Part shown: positions 26,084-34,617 of the stretch, in pieces | Numbering within the stretch: position 1 is the stretch's first letter | How the letters are laid out: every line of letters begins with the position of its first letter | Assembly: GCA_963843275.1 (NCBI GenBank) | Contig: CAWJJM010000012.1 | Location: 1,519,753 to 1,583,752, forward strand | DNA length: 64,000 nucleotides | Direction of reading: 5' to 3' | DNA from: an uncultured Acidobacteriota bacterium | Lineage (GTDB): Bacteria; Acidobacteriota; Thermoanaerobaculia; Multivoradales; JBCCEF01 | The notes under the pieces: generated by a model | The model's database searches: none | What the model was told of the DNA's origin: nothing | The model's input: the letters and a program-made list of their open reading frames with translations, nothing else | Made by a program: the position numbers and the translations under genes

Positions 26084-27526
26084 TTACGGATCCGTCATCG
26101 GCTGCGGACGGACCGGGGGGAAACGCAACGCCACCGTCGCGCCGCCGAGGCGGCCGCGGCCGAGCCGCGCCTCCCCGCCGTGCGCCCGGGCCACCGCTCG
26201 CACCAGGGCGAGGCCCAGGCCGAGGCCGGGCGAGCCCGGGCGGCGGACGGACCGCTCGAAGGCGCGTGCCGCCACCGCCTCGGAAAACCCCTCCCCGTCG
26301 TCCTCCACGAGGATCTCCGCGCCGCCTCGTGGCAGGCGGCGCACCGCCACCACCACCCGGCAGCCCGCCGGCACGTGGTGCAGGGCGTTGTCGAGCAGGT
26401 TGCCCATCGCGCGCTGCACCAGGCTCGAGTCCACCCGCAGGTCCACCCTACCGGGCGCGTCGGCGATCAGCTCGAGACCGTGCTCCTGCGCCGCCGGGGC
26501 GTAGAGCTCGACGAGGTCACGGCACAGGGCAGCGAGATCGACGCTCTCCCGGCGCAGCTCGAGCGCGCTGCCCTCCGCCTCGGAGACGTCGAGAATGGCC
26601 TGGAGCATCGCCGCCAGCCGGTCGAGGCCCTCGATCGCCTCGGCGACCTCCCCCTGCCAGTCCCCGCCCGGCGCCGCCAGCGCCATCTCCAGCCGGCCCC
26701 GGACCGCGGTCAGGGGCGTGCGCAGGTCGTGGGCGGCGTCCTGGGTGACGTCGCGGATCTCGGCGACGGTCGCGGCGATGCGGTCGAGCATGTGGTTGAG
26801 GGTGGCGGCGAGGCGGGCGATCTCGTCACGGTCGCCGGAGTCGACGAGACGCCGTCCCGACTCCGGATGGTCGATCGCCGCCGCCGCTCGCGTCAGCCGC
26901 TCCACCCGGCGGAGTGTCCCCCGGACGCCCCACCACGCGACCGTGGCCCCGATCGCCACGACCGCCGCCCAGAGCGCCACGAGGGTGAGGGCGATGCGCC
27001 GCAGGAGCGGCCGCGCCTCCGGCTCGTCCACCGCCAGGACCAGACCCGTGCCGCCCGCGCCGCGCTGGACCACGGCACGCAGCGGCCGCGGAAAGCCCGG
27101 CGCCCGGAAGCGTTCGACCCCGCCAGCGCCCGCCGGCCGCTGCGGCAGCGATGCCAGCAGCGGGTCGGGCGTCGCCACGCCGGCCCAGGCCGTCGGGCGG
27201 CCGCCGGCGTCGAGAGCGACGAGCACGACCTCGGGCGGCGAGGCGCCATCGCTGGCGCGGGAACGGGCGAAGTAGCGCACCAGGTCGGCGCGCTCCTCGG
27301 CCAGCCAGTCGGGAAGCCCGGAGGTTCCCGCTCCCGGCACCTCGGCGGCCAGGTCGGCGGCGGCACTGCCCAGCACCGCGTCGAGCTCGCGACCCGACTG
27401 GCGCAGGATCACCGCGTACGCCGCGAGCAGGACCACGGCACTGCCCACCGCGAAGGCGACGGTCGCCGGCGCCGCCAGCCGCCAGGCGGCGCTCCGCGAC
27501 GGCCCGCCGGCCGCCGCGTCAGGCAT
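26084..27526 (-). CDS. Sensor histidine kinase (two TM, HAMP, HisKA, HATPase_c)
   Basis: H-box 'AAHDLRTPLTAVRG', N-box 'MGNLLDNALHH', G-boxes 'VEDDGEGF' and 'GLGLGLALV'. It overlaps the RR gene by 8 nt. Confidence 0.9.
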   Translation of the reverse strand: MPDAAAGGPSRSAAWRLAAPATVAFAVGSAVVLLAAYAVILRQSGRELDAVLGSAAADLAAEVPGAGTSGLPDWLAEERADLVRYFARSRASDGASPPEVVLVALDAGGRPTAWAGVATPDPLLASLPQRPAGAGGVERFRAPGFPRPLRAVVQRGAGGTGLVLAVDEPEARPLLRRIALTLVALWAAVVAIGATVAWWGVRGTLRRVERLTRAAAAIDHPESGRRLVDSGDRDEIARLAATLNHMLDRIAATVAEIRDVTQDAAHDLRTPLTAVRGRLEMALAAPGGDWQGEVAEAIEGLDRLAAMLQAILDVSEAEGSALELRRESVDLAALCRDLVELYAPAAQEHGLELIADAPGRVDLRVDSSLVQRAMGNLLDNALHHVPAGCRVVVAVRRLPRGGAEILVEDDGEGFSEAVAARAFERSVRRPGSPGLGLGLALVRAVARAHGGEARLGRGRLGGATVALRFPPVRPQPMTDP

Positions 27527-28199
27527 CCCCCGCCCGCATCACGTAGCCGACACCCCGCACGGTGTGGATGAGCGGCTCCGTGAAGGCCCGGTCGACCTTG
27601 GCGCGCAAGCGGTGGATGTGGACGTCGACGACGTTGGTCCCCGGGTCGAAGCGCATCTGCCACACGTGGTCGAGGATCATCGAGCGGGTGAGGACCCGGC
27701 CCGCGTTCTCGGCCAGGTAGGCGAGCAGCAGAAACTCCCGCGGCGACAAGGGAAGCAGCTCGCCGCCCCGGCGCGCCTGGTGACGCAGCGGGTCGAGCTC
27801 GAGGTCGGCCACCCGGAGTCCGGGCGAAGGCGATCGTGGTGCCGGTCGGCGGAGCAGCGCCCGCGCCCGCGCCAGCAGCTCGGCGACGGCGAAGGGCTTG
27901 GGCAGGTAGTCGTCGCCGCCGCCCTCCAGCCCCCGCACCCGGTCCTCGACCGAGCGCCGGGCCGACAGGATGAGCAGCGGCGCCCCGAAACCGCGCCGGC
28001 GTAACTCGTCGATCAGCTCCATCCCGTCGACGTCGGGGAGTCCGAGATCGACGATCGCGAGGTCGTGGACACCCTCCAGCGCGGCGGCGAGAGCGCCACT
28101 GCCGTCCGCCACCGCGTCGGTGGCGAAACCCGCCTGCTGGAGGGCCTGCGCCACGAAGCCCCGGATGTGCGGGTCGTCCTCCACGATCAGCACCCGCAT
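27519..28199 (-). CDS. OmpR/PhoB-family response regulator
   Basis: Receiver 'MRVLIVEDD...LAIVDLGLPDVDG...LLILSARRSVEDRVRGLEGGGDDYLPKPF'. Winged-helix 'REFLLLAYLAENAGRVLTR...VDVHIHRLRAKV'. Confidence 0.92.
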   Translation of the reverse strand: MRVLIVEDDPHIRGFVAQALQQAGFATDAVADGSGALAAALEGVHDLAIVDLGLPDVDGMELIDELRRRGFGAPLLILSARRSVEDRVRGLEGGGDDYLPKPFAVAELLARARALLRRPAPRSPSPGLRVADLELDPLRHQARRGGELLPLSPREFLLLAYLAENAGRVLTRSMILDHVWQMRFDPGTNVVDVHIHRLRAKVDRAFTEPLIHTVRGVGYVMRAGDA

Positions 28200-28310
28200 G
28201 ATCGCCCAGCCTACTCCACCGGATCCGGGGGCCGGCGGGGCACCGGAGGGCCGATCCCCACGGAGACCTTCCGGCGACGGTGCGGAGCCCGGGCCTGCAC
28301 CGTCGCGGCG

Positions 28311-28952
28311 CTAGTCCGAGGGCGCCAGCGCCCCGAGGCGCTCGATCGGCTCGGTCAACAGGTCCACCACGACGGGCTGGCACCGGGCCTCCGTGACGCG
28401 GCGCGCCTCGGCGTCGCTCTGCAGGCGGTCGAGGACGGGCTGCAGCCCGGGGTCGGTGAGGGTCGCCTCGATCGCGTCCGGGTCGCCGCCGGCGGCCACG
28501 AACGGCCGCCGCAGGTAGACCTCGGCCAGCGTCATCGCGGTGAGGCCCAGGACGCCGGTGAGCCGCAGGTTCAGGTCCGCCGCCATCTCGGGGTCGCGAA
28601 GCTGGAGGACGAGCACGACCGTGCAGATCTGGTAGCGCACCATGGCGTCGAGGTGGCGCTCGTCGGCCGCCGGCACGCCAAGACCGGGGAAGGTCGGGGC
28701 GCGCTCGAGCACCCCCGCCGTGCCCCACCCCTCGAGCGTCGTGCGCAGGCCGTCGACCACCGCCTGTGCCCCCCGCCGCCGGCCCGCGGCGTCGTCCGGA
28801 CCGAGCTCGGCCTGGGCGAGGCGCGCGGCGAGCTGCTCGACGGCTCCCTGCTCCACCCGCGCAGGCAGCCAGTCCTCCTCGCTCTCGGCGGCGGCCGCCG
28901 GGAAGGCGGCCGCCAGGATCAACAGACAGGCGGTGACGGCAGCGGCTCTCAT
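28311..28952 (-). CDS. Secreted protein of unknown function
   Basis: ATG at 28952 behind 'GGAGGA', in the tail of track ORF 28311..30602. Signal peptide 'AAAVTACLLILAAAFPAAAAE'. The mature part is helical. Confidence 0.7.
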   Translation of the reverse strand: MRAAAVTACLLILAAAFPAAAAESEEDWLPARVEQGAVEQLAARLAQAELGPDDAAGRRRGAQAVVDGLRTTLEGWGTAGVLERAPTFPGLGVPAADERHLDAMVRYQICTVVLVLQLRDPEMAADLNLRLTGVLGLTAMTLAEVYLRRPFVAAGGDPDAIEATLTDPGLQPVLDRLQSDAEARRVTEARCQPVVVDLLTEPIERLGALAPSD

Positions 28953-29050
28953 CCGTTCCTCCTCTTCGGCCGGCCCGCCGCGCGCGGCGTCCGGCGGTGC
29001 TCGTGGCGGAGATCGCGCCAGTCGACGGCGCGGGCCCTCCTGCCCCGGCG

Positions 29051-30841
29051 CTACAGGGCCAACTTCGCCCGCACGGTCCCGGCGCGATCGTGGTGCGCCT
29101 CGACCGTCAGCTCCGTCCCCGCCGGCGCGGTGACGATCCAGTCGGTGACGGCGCGGTCCGGGGTCCCCGGAGCATAGCTCCACCAGCTCGCCGTCGAGCG
29201 CTGCCCGGCGCGGCCGGCGAGCTCGCCGAGCTCGCGGCGCGCCTCCCCCTCGACCAGGTGGGCCACCGGCGGCAGGGCCAGCTCGGCGGCGACCCCCCGC
29301 GACACCCCCTGGTCCACCGCCTGCTGCGTGCCGCTGGTCGGCAGCCAGCCGCGGTTCTCGACCACCAGGCGGACCCGCCACAGGCCGGCCCCGAGCGGCT
29401 GGGCGGTGAAGGAGCGCACCGCCAGCCGCGGCGTCGACAGCCCCAGGTAGACGAGCCAGTCGGTGTGCGGCTCGACCTCGGCGCGCAGCCGGTCGAACGG
29501 GATGTTGTACCAGGTGCGGATCAGGTCGAAGCCGCCGATCTCCACCGGGCCGAGCTGCGGGTGGTCGAAGGGATGCCAGGGGACGAAGCCGTCGCCACCC
29601 AGCTCGCGGTCGCTCCAGCGCAGTAGCTTCAGCTCGTCGGCGACCGGGTGGAATCCCCACAGCCACGCGGACTCGGTGGTGCCCTCGAGCGAGATGCCGG
29701 CGGCGCGCAGCGGGTTCCAGAACTCGGTGATGAACGAGTAGATGCCGCGGCGGTCGTAGATCCACCCGAAGGCGCTGGGGATGTAGGCGTCGCGGTCGGT
29801 GGCCCGCAGGTCGAGGTAGGACATCGCCCGGTAGCCGGTGAGCTCGGCGGCCCGCCCGGCCAACGTGGCGTAGGCGCGCTCGTCGGCCGCCGGCAGCCGC
29901 TCGCCCTGGTTGACCGGCGGCGTCAGGACCAGCCCACCGAACGTGTGGCAGGTGACGTGGGCGACGATGTTGGGGCGCGCGGCGATCGCCGCCACGTAGG
30001 CGCCCACCTCCGGCTCCGAGCCCGGGTAGGGGCCGGCGTCCTGCGCCTGCGGCGTCGATCCCTGGTCGCCGGGGAAGTTGCGGCCCAGGTCGATCCCTTC
30101 GAGGGCCGGTGGGTCGGCGATCGTCGCCCCGTCGTAGCCCACGATGGCGCCCTCGGGCTGCACCCGCCAATAGTCGCCGCCGCTCTCGTCCGGCGCGCGT
30201 GGCACCAGCAGGCGCGGGTCGTCTGGCGACAGCTTCCACGGCCCGTTCGGGTCGCGGTAGCGCATGAACACCGTCCGCCCGTCGCCGTCGAGGTCGCGCG
30301 GGTGGAGACCCGGCGCCGGCACCGGGCTCGGGTAGGGACGGTCGACCGAGCGGATGTAGCGCCCCTGGTCGAGCGTCGCCTCCACGCCGTCCGGCGTCAT
30401 CCGCGGCAGCACGTAGACGGTGCGGGTGTCGAGCAGGCGGGTCACCTTCGCGTCCCGGCCGTAGTCGCGCAGCAACGTCCACACGAAGTCGAGCGCCGCC
30501 ACCCCACCGCCCCACTCGTTGGCGTGCATGTTGCCGTCGACGACGATCGCCGGCTTCTCGGCCGCCGGCCCGGTGGCGCCGGCGGTCAGGGTGAGGAACC
30601 ACATCTCCCGTCCCTCCGGGGTGCGGCCCAGGCTCTCGATCGTCGCCAGCTCCGGGCGGGCGGCCACCCAGGCCTGGAGCAACGCCGTCATCTCGTCGTA
30701 GCGCAGGATGTGGTCGAAGGGCAGCGCCGGCAGCACCGCGCCGGCGGACTCCGGGGCCGCTGCCGGAGCGGCGGCGGCCGGCAGCGCTGCGAGCAGGCCG
30801 GCGAGGACGAGGGCGGGAGCGGAAGAGTGGCGTCGCATCAT
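29051..30841 (-). CDS. M14-family zinc carboxypeptidase-like protein, secreted
   Basis: ATG-ATG at 30841 inside track ORF 29051..31909. Signal peptide 'PALVLAGLLAALPAAAAP'. Zinc motif region 'IVVDGNMHANEWGG' (the HxxE of M14) and a later 'VTCHTFGG'. The start overlaps the MocR stop (ATGA). Confidence 0.88.
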   Translation of the reverse strand: MMRRHSSAPALVLAGLLAALPAAAAPAAAPESAGAVLPALPFDHILRYDEMTALLQAWVAARPELATIESLGRTPEGREMWFLTLTAGATGPAAEKPAIVVDGNMHANEWGGGVAALDFVWTLLRDYGRDAKVTRLLDTRTVYVLPRMTPDGVEATLDQGRYIRSVDRPYPSPVPAPGLHPRDLDGDGRTVFMRYRDPNGPWKLSPDDPRLLVPRAPDESGGDYWRVQPEGAIVGYDGATIADPPALEGIDLGRNFPGDQGSTPQAQDAGPYPGSEPEVGAYVAAIAARPNIVAHVTCHTFGGLVLTPPVNQGERLPAADERAYATLAGRAAELTGYRAMSYLDLRATDRDAYIPSAFGWIYDRRGIYSFITEFWNPLRAAGISLEGTTESAWLWGFHPVADELKLLRWSDRELGGDGFVPWHPFDHPQLGPVEIGGFDLIRTWYNIPFDRLRAEVEPHTDWLVYLGLSTPRLAVRSFTAQPLGAGLWRVRLVVENRGWLPTSGTQQAVDQGVSRGVAAELALPPVAHLVEGEARRELGELAGRAGQRSTASWWSYAPGTPDRAVTDWIVTAPAGTELTVEAHHDRAGTVRAKLAL

Positions 30842-32304
30842 GTGTTCTCCTGGGACCGCGGGCGGCCGGGGAGCTCCCGGGCCGCCGTCGCGAGGACCTC
30901 GCGCAGTCCCCTGAAGGCCTGTCGCAGGGCGTCGGGCGGGAAGGCGGTGAAGCCGAAGACCAGCCCGGGACGGGTCGGCCCGAGAGCGTAGTCCGACAAC
31001 GCCGGGACGTCGAACCCGGCCGTGCGCAGGCGCTGCGACCAGGCCGCGTCGTCGGCGCCGGCCGGCAGCAGGCCGATCAGGTTCATGCCGCCGTCGGTGT
31101 GCTCGAAGGAGAGCGGCAGCCCGGCGCCCGCGAACAGCTCGAGGAACAGCGCCTGGCGCTCCGCGTAGGCGCGGCGGCAACGCCGGATGTGCGAGTAGAA
31201 GGCGCCGGACTCGAGGAACAGGGCCAGCGTCGCCTGGTCGACGAGCGGCAGGTGGTCGTCGTTGAGGTGCTTGAGCTCGGTGAAGCGCTCGAGGAGCGGG
31301 TCGGGCACCACCACGTAGCCGAGGCGCAGCGACGGGAACAGGAGCTTCGAGAAGGTCCCCGTGTAGATCACCCGGCCGCTGTCGTCGAGGCTCTGCAGGC
31401 TGGGCAGGGGCGGCGCGCCGTAGCGCAGCTCGGAGTCGTAGTCGTCCTCGACGATCCACGACCCGTGGCGGGCAGCGTAGTCGATCAGGGCGAGCCGTCG
31501 GTCGAGGGCCAGCGAGACGCCGGTGGGGAACTGGCGCGACGGAGTGGTGTAGATCAGCGTCATCCGCTCGCCGTCGTCGGGCGGCGGCAGCAGCCCGTGC
31601 GCGTCGATCGGCCCGGGGACCACCCGCGCGCCGGCGCTGCGCGAGGCGAGCCGCGCCTCCACGTAGCCGGGGTCCTCGACGTAGACCCGGTCGCGCGGCC
31701 CGAGCAGCAGCGTGGCGAGCAGGAACAGCGCCTGCTGCGAACCCGACGTCACCACGACCTGGCGGCTGTCGCAGTTCACGCCGCGGTGATCGCGCAGGTA
31801 GGTGGCGACCGCCTCGCGCAGCGCCGGCAGCCCGGAGATGCAGGACGCCTGGTAGCAGAGGAGGTTGCGCCCCTCCTGGCGTAGCGCCCGGCCGCGCATG
31901 CGGTTCCACATCAACAGCGGGAACAGGTCCACGTCCGGCTGGCAGGGCCGGAACGGGCGCGGGCCGCCCAGCGCCGGCCGCGGCGGCGCGGCCGCCCGCC
32001 GGGTCGTGCGCCGCGCCGCCGCCGGCGGTCGGGCGGCGCGCGGCCGGCGGAAGGACGAGCTGACGAAGACCCCGGAGCGCGGCACCGACTCGAGGTACCC
32101 CTCGCTGACCAGGCGGTCGTAGGCGTAGACGGCCGTGTTGCGCGACACCTCCAACTCGGTCGCCAGGTCGCGGGTCGACGGCAGGGCCTCGCCGGAGGCC
32201 AGCTCGCCGCCCTGGATGAGCTCGCGGATCTGGCGCGCGAGCTGCTCCTGCAAGGTCGCCCGCGCCCCCCGATCGATCGCCAGCCGGCCGCCGAGCCTGC
32301 GCAT
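30838..32304 (-). CDS. MocR/PdxR-type regulator: GntR HTH fused to PLP-dependent aminotransferase-like domain
   Basis: N-terminal GntR wHTH 'LPSTRDLATELEVSRNTAVYAYDRLVSEGYL'. Fold-type I aminotransferase domain with 'YTGTFSKLLFPSLRLGY' carrying the PLP lysine. Confidence 0.88.
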   Translation of the reverse strand: MRRLGGRLAIDRGARATLQEQLARQIRELIQGGELASGEALPSTRDLATELEVSRNTAVYAYDRLVSEGYLESVPRSGVFVSSSFRRPRAARPPAAARRTTRRAAAPPRPALGGPRPFRPCQPDVDLFPLLMWNRMRGRALRQEGRNLLCYQASCISGLPALREAVATYLRDHRGVNCDSRQVVVTSGSQQALFLLATLLLGPRDRVYVEDPGYVEARLASRSAGARVVPGPIDAHGLLPPPDDGERMTLIYTTPSRQFPTGVSLALDRRLALIDYAARHGSWIVEDDYDSELRYGAPPLPSLQSLDDSGRVIYTGTFSKLLFPSLRLGYVVVPDPLLERFTELKHLNDDHLPLVDQATLALFLESGAFYSHIRRCRRAYAERQALFLELFAGAGLPLSFEHTDGGMNLIGLLPAGADDAAWSQRLRTAGFDVPALSDYALGPTRPGLVFGFTAFPPDALRQAFRGLREVLATAARELPGRPRSQENT

Positions 32305-32329
32305 CGTCCGCTCGCCCCGTTCCCGCGGC

Positions 32330-33705
32330 TCACACCGCCGGCGCGCGCGCCCGGCCGCGGTCGAGGGCGCGGAAGAGGAAGTAGAGCGGCACCCCCGCCA
32401 GGATCAGGCCCACCCCGAGGAGTGCCTGCCAGAAGCTGGCGACGAAGGTGCTGGCGACGATGCCGGCGGTCGCGACCAGGAAGAACAGCGGCGTCGCCGG
32501 ATAGCCGACGGACAACGGTAGGGACGCGGCAGCTCCGGCTCGCGGCGCCGCAGCAGGATCACGGCACCCACCGCCAGGCCGTAGAAGATCCAGGCGGTGA
32601 AGACGTACGAGGTGAAGAGCTGCTGGAAGGTCCCCACCAGGGTGAAGACGGCCGCGAAGAGGCCCTGGGCCACGGTCGCCACCACCGGCGTGTGGAAGCG
32701 CGGACTGACGCGGCCGAACGAACGGAAGAACAGGCCGTCGCGGGCCATCGCCAGGCTGACCCGGGCGGCGCCGAGGAGGATGCCGTTGATCGCCCCCAGG
32801 ATGGAGACGGCGATGAGCAGCGACAGCAGCACCGAGGCCCCCGCCCCCAACGCCCGCTCGACGGCGAGGGCGGCGACCCGGTCGGTGCCGCGCAGGCTCG
32901 CCACCGGCAGCACGGCGTAGTACGCCACGTTGACGAGCAGGTAGATCGCCATCGTCAGGCTGGTGCCGATCACCAGGCTGCGCGGGATGGTGCGCTCGGG
33001 GTCGCGGACCTCGCCGGCGGCGAAGGAGACGAAGTGCCAGCCGTCGTAGGCCCACAGGACCGCCACCAGCGCCACACCCACCGCCACCGGCGACCAGCCG
33101 CCGGCGCGCGGCGCCCAGTCCGCGGCGACCAGCGCCGCGCTGCCGCGCAGGTAGAGGGCGGCGGTCATCGCAGCGATGCCGGCCACCTTCAGGGCGGTGA
33201 GCGCGTTCTGGGTCCACTTCCCTACCGCCACCCCGAGGCAGTTGACGACCACGAAGACCGCCAGGCAGGCGAGCTGGAGCAGTTTCTGGCCGCCCGCCGA
33301 GAGACCCAGCAGCGGCCCGGCGTAGAGGCCGATCGCCGCCGCCAGCGTCGCCAGGCCGCCGGCGTGGATCAGGGCCATGGCGCTCCAGCCGTACACGAAG
33401 CCGACGCCGGGGCCGTAGGCGCGGGTAAGGTAGACGTAGAGACCACCGGCGTCGGGCAGCGCCGCCCCGAGCTCGCTCAGCGCCACCGCCCCGCACAGGC
33501 TGAGCACGCCGCCGAGGATCCACACCCCGACCACCGCCGCCAGCGAGGTGAGCTGGAGGGCGATCGCCCCGGCCATCAGGAAGATGCCCGAGCCCACCAT
33601 GATCCCCAGGATGAGCGACACCGAGTCCCACAGGCCGAGGGCGCGGACCAGGCCGGCGGAGTGCGCCGTCCGGCCGGGCGCCGGCGCCGCGGCCGGCGCG
33701 GTCAC
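32330..33705 (-). pseudogene. APC-superfamily amino-acid permease, reading frame broken near 32505-32520 (true frameshift or base-call error)
   Basis: The GTG at 33705 overlaps the PaiB stop (GTGA). Twelve-TM APC sequence runs in the frame of track ORF 32404..34482 up to '...ELPRPYR'. The conserved tail 'GYPATPLFFLVATAGIVASTF...GVPLYFLF' continues in the frame of ORF 32330..33739. Eight nt lie where 6 or 9 are expected. Confidence 0.8.
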
Positions 33706-34349
33706 GCCGTCCCCCGCTCCGGCCGGCCGGCGTTGGCACGGCGCACCGCCTCGCCGAGAGCGCGCCGGCCGGCGTCGGGCGACGCCACCAGGTGGTCCGC
33801 CACCGCCAGGGCGTCGGCGAGCGGCTCGTCCTGGCCGAGCTTGAACTTCGCCTCGAGGCGCTCGATCTCCAGCTCGAAGCCGACGATCGCCGGCAGCCGC
33901 CGGGTGATCTCGGTGTGCGGGATCTCGTCCATCCGCCAGCCGTCGGGGAGCGGCGCCTCCATGCGGTCGTTGAGCACCGCGAGCGACGCCTCGAGCTGCG
34001 CCGTCGACTGCTCGCTCAGCCGACCGTAGCAGTGAACCGCCGTGTAGTAGTAGGTCCCGGGCATGTCCCGGTTCGGGTACCAGGTGGGGGTGACGTAGCC
34101 CCAGGGCCCCTCGAACACCGCCAGGCTGGGCTCGCGGGCGGCGAACAGGGCATGGGCGTGGGCGTTGGCGCGGGCCAGGTGCCCGACCAGCACCCCGTGC
34201 GCCCCCCGCCCGCGGTCGACCAGCAGCGGCAGGTTGGTGGCCAACGGCCCGGCCTCGCCGTTGGTGACCAGCAGCGCCCACGGGTGCGCGTCGATCAGGT
34301 CGTAGACCTCTTCGCGGGCCTGCGGCCGCCAGCAGGATCGGACGAACAT
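33702..34349 (-). CDS. paiB: FMN-binding negative transcriptional regulator PaiB-like protein
   Basis: Track ORF. 'HPWALLVTNG...PLATNLPLL' and 'LLGHLARANAHA'-type strings. C-terminal 'IVGFELEIERLEAKFKLGQD' is typical of PaiB. Confidence 0.85.
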   Translation of the reverse strand: MFVRSCWRPQAREEVYDLIDAHPWALLVTNGEAGPLATNLPLLVDRGRGAHGVLVGHLARANAHAHALFAAREPSLAVFEGPWGYVTPTWYPNRDMPGTYYYTAVHCYGRLSEQSTAQLEASLAVLNDRMEAPLPDGWRMDEIPHTEITRRLPAIVGFELEIERLEAKFKLGQDEPLADALAVADHLVASPDAGRRALGEAVRRANAGRPERGTA

Positions 34350-34617
34350 GGAACCCTATCCTGCCGTCGCGGCTGGTGCGTGTAAAGACCCAGGATCGGA
34401 TCGTTCGATGGATCCAGACGGCCGGACCGCCGCCACTCTCCCCAGATCCGACGCTGCTCCCGCACCGGCACACTGGCACCATCGATAGGTCCTTCTCTGG
34501 CTCTTGCTTGATACCAACCGCGGTGCCAGCATGCTCTCCAGGTCTTCAGGTTCCGCGACCGCCCCGAGCAGATTCGGAGCGCCGGTCGAACGATCGAGGA
34601 ATAGGAAGGAGCTCGAG

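Noticed and set aside
34350-34617. Possible cobalamin riboswitch or Fur box in the 270-nt leader of the TonB-dependent receptor ('GCCACTC', an imperfect GGATC hairpin at ~34403-34428, 'TTGATACCAA').
   Set aside because: The B12-box core (AGYCMGGAGACCKGCC-like) and the GGTGAAA/GGGAA elements are not present. Nothing resembles the 19-bp Fur consensus. The receptor looks siderophore-type, not BtuB-type.
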